Assembly (NCBI GenBank): GCA_963716205.1
Contig: OY970290.1
Span: forward strand, 108,906 to 172,905
DNA: 64,000 bases
From: an uncultured bacterium
Lineage (GTDB): Bacteria > Patescibacteriota > Minisyncoccia > Phycocordibacterales > GWA1-40-21
Direction: 5' to 3'
The notes under the pieces were generated by a model that was not told where the DNA came from, did no database searches, and saw only the letters and a program-made list of their open reading frames with translations. Positions 43,756-52,725 of the stretch are shown piece after piece. How positions within the stretch are numbered: the first letter of the stretch is position 1; each line of letters begins with the position of its first letter. The position numbers were made by a program, and so were the translations under genes.

Positions 43756-44538
43756 ATGTCTGATTTTATTTTAAAATGGCAATCATTAATCGGTGCTTTA
43801 GTAGGAGCCGGCGTTCCATTTGCGCTTTTCCTTCTATCAAAATGGTACTTTGATAGAAAAGAATATTTATCAAAAGTACATAGGATAATTGTTGTTGCAA
43901 TAAATAATCTTATTGATATAGATAAAACAGTAAGAGATTTTTCTGATACACGGTTGGTTCAATTTATTGCTAGAATTGAAGAAGATACGACTCACAATGT
44001 TTACTCCCTTGGACTGACATATTTTCCCCTATTCGCCAAAACACCATTTCCAGATGATGTTATAAATTCTTCTACAATGAGTGGTTATGTGGATAATAAA
44101 ATAATTCAATTATTTTTAATGTCAAAGGATTTTGCATTAGGTGTAGATGATATAAAAAGACAGTTTGAGGGTATATTGGAAGCAAATAGAGTTATTGCAC
44201 TTGAGAAAGCAAACGCACCAGTGATTCAAAATGAATCCTTTAGGACAAATGTTGAAGAATATAGGGCCTTTTTAGAAAGAGATTTTTTTGGAAAAAATGT
44301 TCCCGTTTATCTTAAGGCTCTTGCTACCGGAGGAGTAGCATTACTCAAGTTTAAATCTTTTTGGTTTATAAAGTGGAATTTTAAGTTTAGGCCAGATTTC
44401 AAGTATTTTAAAGATATCCGTGCTTATAATGAATATATTGTCAAAACTCAAGACCGTATAGACCTATTTCTAAAAAAAGAAACTGAAGCAGAAGTAGAAA
44501 GACTATCTTCAAATCTTACCAAATCTTTAGTTAAGTAG
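43756..44538 (+). CDS. hypothetical membrane-anchored protein (260 aa)
   Basis: N-terminal transmembrane helix (LIGALVGAGVPFALFLL). No recognisable motifs. TATAAT abuts the ATG. Confidence 0.4.
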   Translation: MSDFILKWQSLIGALVGAGVPFALFLLSKWYFDRKEYLSKVHRIIVVAINNLIDIDKTVRDFSDTRLVQFIARIEEDTTHNVYSLGLTYFPLFAKTPFPDDVINSSTMSGYVDNKIIQLFLMSKDFALGVDDIKRQFEGILEANRVIALEKANAPVIQNESFRTNVEEYRAFLERDFFGKNVPVYLKALATGGVALLKFKSFWFIKWNFKFRPDFKYFKDIRAYNEYIVKTQDRIDLFLKKETEAEVERLSSNLTKSLVK

Positions 44539-44560
44539 AGATTAAAAAATAAATTCTTAT

Positions 44561-45304
44561 ATGATAGATAATAATTTGATTAAAAAACAAAAAGTAACAA
44601 CGAAAAGGAGACATTCAGTTTCAGAACCACTAGATGAAATAGAACTTTCTGAAGAACAACTAACTACTGCGATTACAGAAGCTACCACTGGTTCTATAGG
44701 TTCTAGTATCCCCATATTTAGAAAAGTGCTTGAATGGACTGAAAGAGTAAAACAAAATACAAAAGAAGAAAAATTAAAAATACTTCTTAAACATTACAGT
44801 GCCCACTTTGAGTCAATTGAGAAAGCAAATGAAACATTTAATTTTTTACTCGGGACACGTTCTGGGCAAGTATTGTTTTCAAAAATCGTCAACCTTTTAG
44901 ACAGTAACACTGACGAAGAAGCGATTGAACTTTTAGCAAATATCTTGAAGAAAATTTCAGATACTGATTTTGAAAAACAATTTGAACAGCATTTATATAT
45001 TTTGAGTCAAATTGACAAATTAACACCACAAGCACTTATTATGTTAAGCAAATATGAGATTTGGAAACAAGTCTCTCTTTCAGGTGGAACTACAACAAGC
45101 AAACATACAGTTCTTGGAGACTGGGATTCACAAGTTGCAAATTTTCTTGCTAGGTCCCTTAAAATAACAGATTCCAATACAGTTTTACGAATAGCCCATT
45201 CATTTCTTGAGTTAGAAAGTGCAGGTTTAATTTTTTTAGATGGTAGTTTTATTAAATTAGCTATTATTGGTGCCGAAATATATCAAATAATAATAAAAAA
45301 ATAG
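44561..45304 (+). CDS. hypothetical cytoplasmic protein (247 aa)
   Basis: ORF with no recognisable motifs. It is the last gene of the rightward block before a 230-nt intergenic region. Confidence 0.4.
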   Translation: MIDNNLIKKQKVTTKRRHSVSEPLDEIELSEEQLTTAITEATTGSIGSSIPIFRKVLEWTERVKQNTKEEKLKILLKHYSAHFESIEKANETFNFLLGTRSGQVLFSKIVNLLDSNTDEEAIELLANILKKISDTDFEKQFEQHLYILSQIDKLTPQALIMLSKYEIWKQVSLSGGTTTSKHTVLGDWDSQVANFLARSLKITDSNTVLRIAHSFLELESAGLIFLDGSFIKLAIIGAEIYQIIIKK

Positions 45305-45534
45305 TTTCTTCTATCATATAGTTTTTATATAACTATAAATGCATATCCAATGAACTTGTGAACATTATGAACGTTAGCATGGTATTAACTGACTTAACTC
45401 TTTAATACTAATTTTTATATCATTGCTCTGTTTGATTAGTTCTGAAAGCCAAGATATTTGCCCACAAATATTTGACATCCTTTCGTGAGGATGCTAGGAT
45501 GTTGGCTCGTTCTTATTATGTTTAAGGGGGCAAA

Positions 45535-45840
45535 ATGTCGAAGCGGAAAAAGATGGAAAATGACTTATTGAGGGATGCAAATCCTTTAATGGTCGAAGCT
45601 CATGTAGTTTCAAAAATAAAAGGGAGGACTCCATTGCCTTACGTGGAAATAAACGAACCGAAAACTCTAAAAGAGTATAAAAATCGTTATGGACACCTGT
45701 CGCTCATCCAAAACTTTTTTCAGGAAAAAAACTTGGAAGGGAAAATTCCACAAAGTTTGGTTCCTGAAAGCATGGCAAAGTCTCCTTACGGAGCTTCTGC
45801 GGCCAATCAATTGCGGAAGCATTTTTCGCCGGTTGGTTGA
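45535..45840 (+). CDS. hypothetical basic protein (101 aa), possibly frameshifted at its 3' end
   Basis: AAGGGGG lies 6 nt before the ATG. A TTGACA-17-TAGGAT promoter is upstream. The overlapping +1 frame (to 45907) continues as ...RRLVEKEGVETVRALRRAENEELVRV and ends just before the terminator. Confidence 0.4.
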   Translation: MSKRKKMENDLLRDANPLMVEAHVVSKIKGRTPLPYVEINEPKTLKEYKNRYGHLSLIQNFFQEKNLEGKIPQSLVPESMAKSPYGASAANQLRKHFSPVG

Positions 45841-45920
45841 GAAAGAAGGAGTTGAAACAGTTCGTGCTCTGCGAAGAGCCGAGAATGAAGAACTTGTCCG
45901 CGTCTAAACATAAGGGCGTA

Positions 45921-45954
45921 CCCAACAGCACTGTGCTGTTGGGTATTTTTTTTG
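45921..45954 (+). terminator. rho-independent terminator
   Basis: ACCCAACAGCACTGTGCTGTTGGGTATTTTTTTT: a 10-bp stem followed by a T-run. Confidence 0.7.
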
Positions 45955-45985
45955 CTCAATTTTTATTTTCGTGTAGTATAGGAAT

Positions 45986-46663
45986 ATGAAAAAATTCTAT
46001 GTCATTGGAACACCGATAGGGAACTTGGAAGATATCACGTATCGCGCAGTGCGAGTTTTTGGTGAAGTCGATCTGATCCTTTGCGAAGATACCCGAGTGA
46101 CGGCAAATCTTTTAAATAAATACAGCATCAAAAAGCCGACCATGAGCTATCATTCGCAAAGCAAGATTGCAAAACTTGAAAAAATAATCGAAATAATTGC
46201 CAATGGAAAAACACTCGCACTTGTTTCTGATGCCGGCACACCAACGATTTCTGATCCGGGCTCAATGCTTGTTTCAAAAATTCGGGAAAATTTTCCCGAC
46301 GTTGAAATCATTGTAATTCCGGGACCGAGCGCGCTGACCTCGGCACTTTCAATTTCTGGACTTCCGGGATCGGAATTTCTTTTCTTAGGATTTTTGCCGC
46401 ACAAAAAGGGAAGGGAAACGCTGTTCAAAGAAATTGCCGCGTCAGAACGAACGGTGGTGTTTTATGAATCTCCGCACCGAATATTGAAATCTCTCGAATT
46501 TTTGAAAAAATATGTCGTAGATCGAAAAGTTGTCATTGCACGGGAACTTTCCAAAATATATGAGCAGATTATTTCCGGCACGCCGACCGAAATTGAGAAC
46601 TATTTCAAAGACAATGCGGACAAAGTCAGGGGAGAATTTGTCGTCATGGTCAGCGCAAAATAG
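45986..46663 (+). CDS. rsmI: 16S rRNA (cytidine1402-2'-O)-methyltransferase RsmI (tetrapyrrole-methylase fold)
   Basis: MKKFYVIGTPIGNLEDITYRAVRVFGEVDLILCEDTRVTANLL...VSDAGTPTISDPG is the characteristic RsmI N-terminal region. Confidence 0.8.
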   Translation: MKKFYVIGTPIGNLEDITYRAVRVFGEVDLILCEDTRVTANLLNKYSIKKPTMSYHSQSKIAKLEKIIEIIANGKTLALVSDAGTPTISDPGSMLVSKIRENFPDVEIIVIPGPSALTSALSISGLPGSEFLFLGFLPHKKGRETLFKEIAASERTVVFYESPHRILKSLEFLKKYVVDRKVVIARELSKIYEQIISGTPTEIENYFKDNADKVRGEFVVMVSAK

Positions 46664-46700
46664 GATTTATTTTCATTTTATATTGTGCTAAAATAGCCCT

Positions 46701-46937
46701 ATGATAAAAATTTCAACGATTTTCGGGCTTGGTATACTGGTGATATTTACCCAATTTTTAGGATTGCCGATCGGCTGGAAAGATTTTATTTATATTTTTT
46801 CCGGGCTTTGCATCACTGTTTTATCAATGCTCATACGGCGGGAACTGCTTGATGTTCTCAAACAAATGCACACTGGACCTGTAAATACTGAAACATTTTC
46901 AGAGAGCAAGCCGCAACAAAACCAGCCTGAACAATAA
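46701..46937 (+). CDS. small membrane protein (78 aa, two transmembrane helices)
   Basis: ORF with two hydrophobic helices, followed by the terminator AAAACTCCCGCAAGGAGTTTTTT (46936..46958). Confidence 0.4.
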   Translation: MIKISTIFGLGILVIFTQFLGLPIGWKDFIYIFSGLCITVLSMLIRRELLDVLKQMHTGPVNTETFSESKPQQNQPEQ

Positions 46938-46977
46938 AACTCCCGCAAGGAGTTTTTTGTGGTATAATATTTCCCAA

Positions 46978-48750
46978 ATGGATCCCGAAAGAATCACATA
47001 TTTTGGCGAGACTGATTCGCGCAATAAGCGGGTAAAATTTGGCATTAAAGCCAAAGACAGGACCAAGCATATCTATGTCATAGGAAAGACCGGCATGGGA
47101 AAATCCACCGTTCTTGAAAATATGGCCATTCAGGATCTTCAAAATGGCGAAGGAATGGCATTTATCGATCCGCACGGCAACACTGCTGACAAACTCTTGA
47201 ATTATGTTTCCGCGGAAAGAATACATGACGTCGTGTATTTTGCTCCGTTTGATACCGATTATCCAATTTCATTCAATGTCATGGAAGATGTCGGTCCGGA
47301 CAAGCGGCATCTCGTCGTTTCGGGTTTGATGAGTGCGTTCAAGAAACTTTTCGGCGAGGAAAGCTTTTCCGATCGTATGCAGTATATTTTGCAAAATACC
47401 ATTCTTGCGCTTCTGGAATATCCGGGAGCGACGATGCTCGGCATCAACAAAATGTTGACAGACAAAGTGTACCGAAACAAAGTTATTGCCAATGTTACCG
47501 ATATGTCGGTCAAGGCGTATTGGACGCAGGAATATGCAAATTACACTGAACGTTTTGCTCAGGAAGCGATACCGGCAATTCAAAACAAAATCGGACAGTT
47601 CACTTCAAATCCTCTTATCCGTAATATCATCGGTCAGCCGAAATCGAGTTTTGATTTCAGGAAAATCATGGATGACGGCAAAATCATGATTATTAATCTT
47701 TCCAAAGGCAGAGTCGGCGAATCAAATGCCAATCTGCTCGGCTCGATGCTCATCACCAAAATTTATCTTGCGGCGATGTCCCGTGCCGACATATCGGAAA
47801 AAATATTGAAAAATCTTCCGAATTTTTATCTGTATGTGGATGAATTCCAGTCGTTTGCCAATGAATCGTTTGCGGATATTCTTTCGGAAGCCAGAAAATA
47901 TAAACTCAATCTGACCGTGGCGCACCAATATATCGAGCAGATGGCGGAAGAAGTCCGTGCGGCGGTTTTCGGCAACGTCGGCACGATGATTACATTTCGC
48001 GTCGGCGCATACGATGCCGAAGTGCTTGAGAAAGAATTTGCGCCGCAGTTCACCGCGGAAGACTTGGTCAATCTTGGAATCTACCAGATGTATCTGAAGC
48101 TTATGATAAATGGCGTCAGCTCGTTTCCATTTTCAGCGACTGGACTCCCGCCATTTCCCGAGCCGGTTATCTCCTACAAAAAAGAGATTATTGAAAGTTC
48201 CCGGAAGCAATTTGCTGTGCCAAAAATCGAAGTTGAAGGCAATATCCAAAAATGGCATGACGAAAGCAAGCCCGCGCCGAAAATCACAATTCAGCCGAAG
48301 CCATCAATTATGGCAAAAGAGATTCCGAAAAATTTTGAAATAAAAACACCAGTGCCGCCGGCTATCGCAAAAGAAAAACCCGTTTTGAAAGAAATAAAAA
48401 AATCAGTTGAAGAAAATGCGCGTAAAACAATGCCGATTCGTCCGCCGATTGAAACGGAAGTCGGGGAAGATTTTCTGCCACTCAAAGATTTTGCCAAAAA
48501 ATCCGTTTCTCGCAGCCAGAATAAATCAATGAGCAATGAAAATCTTTCGGATTTGAGATATGCTCTCGCTGCGGCGATGAAACAGAAATCGTCAGAAGCA
48601 TCAAAGCCGGAAGAAAAACTAATTACCGAAAAATCTGAAACGGTAGTGAAAGAGAAATCAGAACAGAAAAAAGAAGAACCGAAACAGCCGCATGGACTGA
48701 AGGAAATTTCCGAGCATGATTTAAAAAATATTTTCGGTTCTGAAGAATAA
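46978..48750 (+). CDS. FtsK/HerA/TraD-superfamily P-loop ATPase (paralogue of 5545..8322) with a Lys/Glu-rich C-terminal tail
   Basis: Walker A VIGKTGMGKSTVL, then IDPHGN, YLYVDEFQ and ARKYKLNLTVAHQYIEQ, collinear with the ATPase half of the first paralogue. The track start at 46957 is TTG; ATG 46978 follows a GGTATAAT box by 10 nt. Confidence 0.6.
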   Translation: MDPERITYFGETDSRNKRVKFGIKAKDRTKHIYVIGKTGMGKSTVLENMAIQDLQNGEGMAFIDPHGNTADKLLNYVSAERIHDVVYFAPFDTDYPISFNVMEDVGPDKRHLVVSGLMSAFKKLFGEESFSDRMQYILQNTILALLEYPGATMLGINKMLTDKVYRNKVIANVTDMSVKAYWTQEYANYTERFAQEAIPAIQNKIGQFTSNPLIRNIIGQPKSSFDFRKIMDDGKIMIINLSKGRVGESNANLLGSMLITKIYLAAMSRADISEKILKNLPNFYLYVDEFQSFANESFADILSEARKYKLNLTVAHQYIEQMAEEVRAAVFGNVGTMITFRVGAYDAEVLEKEFAPQFTAEDLVNLGIYQMYLKLMINGVSSFPFSATGLPPFPEPVISYKKEIIESSRKQFAVPKIEVEGNIQKWHDESKPAPKITIQPKPSIMAKEIPKNFEIKTPVPPAIAKEKPVLKEIKKSVEENARKTMPIRPPIETEVGEDFLPLKDFAKKSVSRSQNKSMSNENLSDLRYALAAAMKQKSSEASKPEEKLITEKSETVVKEKSEQKKEEPKQPHGLKEISEHDLKNIFGSEE

Positions 48751-48754
48751 CATC

Positions 48755-48892
48755 ATGTTGTTTTTTGCAACAATCATTTTTATTTTCTTGGCTTTGTTTG
48801 CCGCCATTTGGGCGAGAATGGAAGGCAGAAAAGAAAAAAAGCGCTTTGAAGAAGGTGGTCTTTCGGCGGAGGATTTTGAGATTACTGAATGA
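48755..48892 (+). CDS. small membrane protein (45 aa)
   Basis: MLFFATIIFIFLALFAAIWARMEGRKEKKRFEEGGLSAEDFEITE: one transmembrane helix. Not in the ORF track. Confidence 0.3.
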   Translation: MLFFATIIFIFLALFAAIWARMEGRKEKKRFEEGGLSAEDFEITE

Positions 48893-48895
48893 AAT

Positions 48896-50104
48896 TTATT
48901 CCAAGTTTTCCAGCTTTTCAAGAAGCTCTTTCCATTGAGGGATAATTTTATCTACGGAAAAATCGTGAGATCTTTTTTTTGATTTTTCCGCATACGATTT
49001 TATCAGAGCTTCATCATCCATTATTTTTATCAGTCCATTTGCCCATTCTTTTTCAAGAGCGTTGTCATTTTTTTGACGAGACGTGTATATAACGGGTAGG
49101 AGCAGTCCAAAATCGGCAAACTCTGCCTGTGTTATTTGATGAGTTGTTTTCGACAATGATAATTCTTCGCGTGGTCCGTAATCGCAATCCGTTGATATGA
49201 CAGGCAGTCCGCATGCCATGGCTTCAAGAACAACCATCGGGAAACCTTCCCTTGTTGATGAAAGAAAAAATAATTTTGCTTTTGCAAAATACGCGTAAGG
49301 ATTTTTTTGATATCCCAAAAAATATACATCGTATTCGTTTCTTATATCTTGCGTATTTTCATCATGGAAAACATGCAAACCGATTTTTTGACCATGGTGA
49401 ACCAATGTATTTTTTAGCAGTCCTTCTCCCAAAATAACCAGCTTGAGATTTTTTATTTTTTCACTTGCTCTTTGAAAAACGTTTAATAAAATCCACTGAG
49501 CTTTTTCCTCCATCAGTCTTCCGGCAGTTATTATTACTTTATTTGAAAAAATATCTGAATATCTTTCTTCAATATGTTCTCTCGATGCTATTTGTATTTT
49601 TTCCAATTCAATAGGATTGTAGATAACATCTAATTTTTGCGGATTTATTTTTACAAAACTTTCCAAATTGCGAGCTATACCGAAAGAAACCGGTACAATC
49701 ATGTCCGCAAGCGGATAGAGCAGTTTTATAAGAACATAATAAAATATCTTTTTTTTATTTTTAAATGCGTTTGTCAGACCGGTGTGTATGGTAATAACAG
49801 ATTTATTTTTCCAGAATAACTTGGAAATAATATTGACGAAATTTGCCCGCTCGATGAAACTGATGACAATATCATTTTTTTTGATTATTTTTCCAAGCCT
49901 GAAAGCGTACAGGGGGATGAAAATAGTTTTTACAAGAGCATTTGTTTTTGAAGTGTGCGCGCTGAGCGTTTTCACTGGAATATCAACGGTAAAATCTTTC
50001 TCATTTTCGAGCATGATGATTCCATCAGCGATTTTACTCGATAGAATTTGTGCAACCCGCTCTGCGCCGCCAGCCTTCAATGAATTGATCAAGATATATT
50101 TCAT
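48896..50104 (-). CDS. glycosyltransferase family 4
   Basis: EGFPMVVLEAMACGLPVISTDCDYGPREEL is the GT4 E-x7-E motif. Confidence 0.75.
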   Translation of the reverse strand: MKYILINSLKAGGAERVAQILSSKIADGIIMLENEKDFTVDIPVKTLSAHTSKTNALVKTIFIPLYAFRLGKIIKKNDIVISFIERANFVNIISKLFWKNKSVITIHTGLTNAFKNKKKIFYYVLIKLLYPLADMIVPVSFGIARNLESFVKINPQKLDVIYNPIELEKIQIASREHIEERYSDIFSNKVIITAGRLMEEKAQWILLNVFQRASEKIKNLKLVILGEGLLKNTLVHHGQKIGLHVFHDENTQDIRNEYDVYFLGYQKNPYAYFAKAKLFFLSSTREGFPMVVLEAMACGLPVISTDCDYGPREELSLSKTTHQITQAEFADFGLLLPVIYTSRQKNDNALEKEWANGLIKIMDDEALIKSYAEKSKKRSHDFSVDKIIPQWKELLEKLENLE

Positions 50105-51018
50105 ATTTTTATCTTTTTATTGTCCATCACATACAGATAATAAGCAATAGGTGCGATTGCTGGCGATATGATTTTAAGCCACACAATAGCAAGACAAGAG
50201 ATTTGTACGAAAATATTTTTCTTGGCATGAAAAGAAAAACGCAGATAATTTATGAAATTCCTGATTTTCCAAGCGGGATTGACGGGCAGTGAAAGAAATT
50301 CCTTATAATACAACAATGTGCCAAGCGGATTAGCCATTCGCAATCGCAGTGAAGATTTGGAATAGCCGTCTTTTTGGTATTCAACTACCAATAATTTTTC
50401 ATTGATGAAACGGGTTTTGTATTGTAAGCCGATTCTGTTGAAAACAATCGCCTCCGATATGAATTTTTCATTATTGATAATGGGGAAAGGGTATTTTTTA
50501 AAAATTTCTGTTTTAAAAAACCCCCATTTGTCACCTTTGACATTATACACATAGAAAGTTTCTATCCATGAGGAATCAAAAATATCTTTCGGAAATTTAT
50601 CACCTATCAATTGATTATTTCTATCAACACACAGAGACATAATTCCGGAAAATTCCTTCTGTTCAGTTTCCGGAATGCTTTGCCAGTAAAAAATCAGTTT
50701 TTCCAAAGCAGTATCGACACAATAATCATCCGAATCAATGTTGAGGAAAAATTTGCCCTCGGCCTCCTGTACTCCGAAATTAAAAGCCGATTGCTTGCCC
50801 TGATTTTCCTGCTTGAAATATCTGATGGGGATACAATTTTCTTTTATCCATGCAGAAACAAATTTTTCTGTGCTGTCAGTGGAACCGTCGTCAACAATGA
50901 TCCACTCAAAATCTTTAAACGTTTGTTTTTTCAAACCGTTGTAGACGTTCATCAAAAGATGACCTCGGTTGAAGGTGGCTGTGAATACGGTAAATTGATA
51001 TAGAATTTTGTTGCTCAT
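50101..51018 (-). CDS. glycosyltransferase family 2
   Basis: FTVFTATFNRGHLLMNVYNGLKKQTFKDFEWIIVDDGSTDST is the GT2 N-terminal signature. It overlaps its neighbours by 4 nt. Confidence 0.75.
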   Translation of the reverse strand: MSNKILYQFTVFTATFNRGHLLMNVYNGLKKQTFKDFEWIIVDDGSTDSTEKFVSAWIKENCIPIRYFKQENQGKQSAFNFGVQEAEGKFFLNIDSDDYCVDTALEKLIFYWQSIPETEQKEFSGIMSLCVDRNNQLIGDKFPKDIFDSSWIETFYVYNVKGDKWGFFKTEIFKKYPFPIINNEKFISEAIVFNRIGLQYKTRFINEKLLVVEYQKDGYSKSSLRLRMANPLGTLLYYKEFLSLPVNPAWKIRNFINYLRFSFHAKKNIFVQISCLAIVWLKIISPAIAPIAYYLYVMDNKKIKI

Positions 51019-51770
51019 TTTTTGAAATCTAATTTACGCTTGGCAATTATTCCTGCATAGGGAGAAAAGAACGAGTTATTGAAAGGTAAAAACCGAAGCA
51101 ACTTTCCTGACCCATTCAATAATTTTATAATGAGTTTCCCCCAATAATTATTGCCCGCGTCTTCCGCCCAAAAATCAAAGCCTCCAAACCATCCCCAATA
51201 AATGACATCAAATCCTTCTTTTTCTACTATTTCTTTCCATATAAATGGATCCATCGATGGTAGATAGTGTCGCTTCAGATTTTCTTTATCAAAAATGGAA
51301 TGAAGCATTTTTTGAATATAACCCCTAAAATTCGGTGTCGTTATCATCAGGTATCCATTTTTTTTCACTAAGGAAATATGTCTGGCAATAACTTCTTCAT
51401 AATTCGTAAAATGTTCAATAAAACCAAAAGAACAAACCACATCGTAGGTATGATGCATTGCGTATGTTAGGAAATTTTCCTGATAAAATTCTCCAATTTT
51501 ATATTTATTTTCAGCTAGCCATTTCGGCATGTCGATCTTGACTCGAGGAGTTAGATCAATTCCATTTAGAGAATATCCAAGATCTCCGAATACGCTCAGA
51601 TATCTTCCGGGAAAACACCCTACTTCAAAGGCGGTTTTTTCTTCAGTTATTTTTTTAATATACTTTCTTATGAGAGTATGTATTGGATCAAAATTACTCG
51701 GCTTGAAAAACACAAGTTTTTCATACGTGGTATCCCAATGATTTTGATTTGCCAGATTTTTTATTTCCAT
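51015..51770 (-). CDS. class I SAM-dependent methyltransferase
   Basis: Motif I AFEVGCFPGRYL and motif II DVVCSFGFIEH. Confidence 0.65.
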   Translation of the reverse strand: MEIKNLANQNHWDTTYEKLVFFKPSNFDPIHTLIRKYIKKITEEKTAFEVGCFPGRYLSVFGDLGYSLNGIDLTPRVKIDMPKWLAENKYKIGEFYQENFLTYAMHHTYDVVCSFGFIEHFTNYEEVIARHISLVKKNGYLMITTPNFRGYIQKMLHSIFDKENLKRHYLPSMDPFIWKEIVEKEGFDVIYWGWFGGFDFWAEDAGNNYWGKLIIKLLNGSGKLLRFLPFNNSFFSPYAGIIAKRKLDFKK

Positions 51771-51781
51771 TGCCTTGAATG

Positions 51782-52711
51782 TTAATTGATCATTTGATGT
51801 GGTAAAAAACTTTTCCTTTTTTTTAAATCAAGCAGAAAAAGGTAGAATTTTTTTCCAAATAATGCGCAACACGCCGTAACAATATTTCGTATGCTTGGAT
51901 CCATTCTGATCGAATCGGCAAAAGATTTTCTTGCCTCTGATGTTTCCCCAGCCAATAAATGCATTGTGCCCAAATGCCGATGATATACCGCAAAAATTTT
52001 CGGATATTTTTCGAGCAATGTTTTGTATTTTGAAATAAATCGTTCATAATCCGGAGATGCTCGCTTGAAATCTTTTGAAAAATTGGTTTCCTCGATATAA
52101 TAGTTGACTAACGTCTCATCAACAAAATCAATATCGTAGCCTGCCAGCACCACGCGGATTGTGAAATCCAGATCTTCAAAAATTTTAAGATTTTCATCGC
52201 GAGGACCGACAATATTGATGACAGCGCGAGGAATCATCATTGAACTATTGCTGAATGCATAATCACCGGCATGTAGCAGCACATCTTCAATGGATTTATA
52301 TTTTGATATCTGATGAATCCCTTCTATGTGCTTATTTTTAATCATAAGAACATTGCAGCTTACCAAACCAAGTTTTTTCATCGATTGCTCAAAAAGGTTA
52401 TATTGTTTTTCCAATTTGGCAGGGAACCATTCATCATCGTGGTCCAAGTAGGCGATATATTTTCCTGTACAGAATTGAATGGCATTGTTTTTCGGACTGG
52501 CTGCTCCGCCGGAATTTTCCTGCCGGATGTATTTAATCCTTGAATCCTTTTTAATAAATTGATCGACAATTTCCGCAGTAGTATCGGTAGAGCCGTCATC
52601 AATGATGAATAATTCAAAATCTTGAAGCGTTTGATTCAAAACGCTGTTTATTGTTCGCGGCAATAAATCGGCTCGGTTATATGTTGGAATAATGATTGAA
52701 ATTTTTGTCAT
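51782..52711 (-). CDS. glycosyltransferase family 2 (paralogue of 53721..54683)
   Basis: ISIIIPTYNRADLLPRTINSVLNQTLQDFELFIIDDGSTD...YLDHDDEW. The N-terminal 100 aa are about 60-65% identical to the ORF at 53721. Confidence 0.8.
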   Translation of the reverse strand: MTKISIIIPTYNRADLLPRTINSVLNQTLQDFELFIIDDGSTDTTAEIVDQFIKKDSRIKYIRQENSGGAASPKNNAIQFCTGKYIAYLDHDDEWFPAKLEKQYNLFEQSMKKLGLVSCNVLMIKNKHIEGIHQISKYKSIEDVLLHAGDYAFSNSSMMIPRAVINIVGPRDENLKIFEDLDFTIRVVLAGYDIDFVDETLVNYYIEETNFSKDFKRASPDYERFISKYKTLLEKYPKIFAVYHRHLGTMHLLAGETSEARKSFADSIRMDPSIRNIVTACCALFGKKFYLFLLDLKKRKSFLPHQMIN

Positions 52712-52725
52712 AAATACTATTTGAT

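Larger units (their letters stand above)
36886..45950. mobile_element. integrative element (about 9 kb) inserted at the 3' end of tRNA-Leu(CAG)
   Basis: The serine recombinase gene overlaps the tRNA 3' end by about 49 nt. There is a divergent gene arrangement around a promoter-rich AT-rich region (40504..41260). The cargo is visibly more AT-rich than the flanking rRNA, rsmI and ATPase genes. The right boundary is placed between the last cargo ORF and the terminator before rsmI; no att repeat was identified. Confidence 0.55.

Noticed and set aside
36853-45950. Complete prophage.
   Set aside because: No capsid, portal, terminase or tail genes are present. Only a recombinase, a replication-like NTPase and small, secreted or membrane cargo. 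It is called an integrative element instead.
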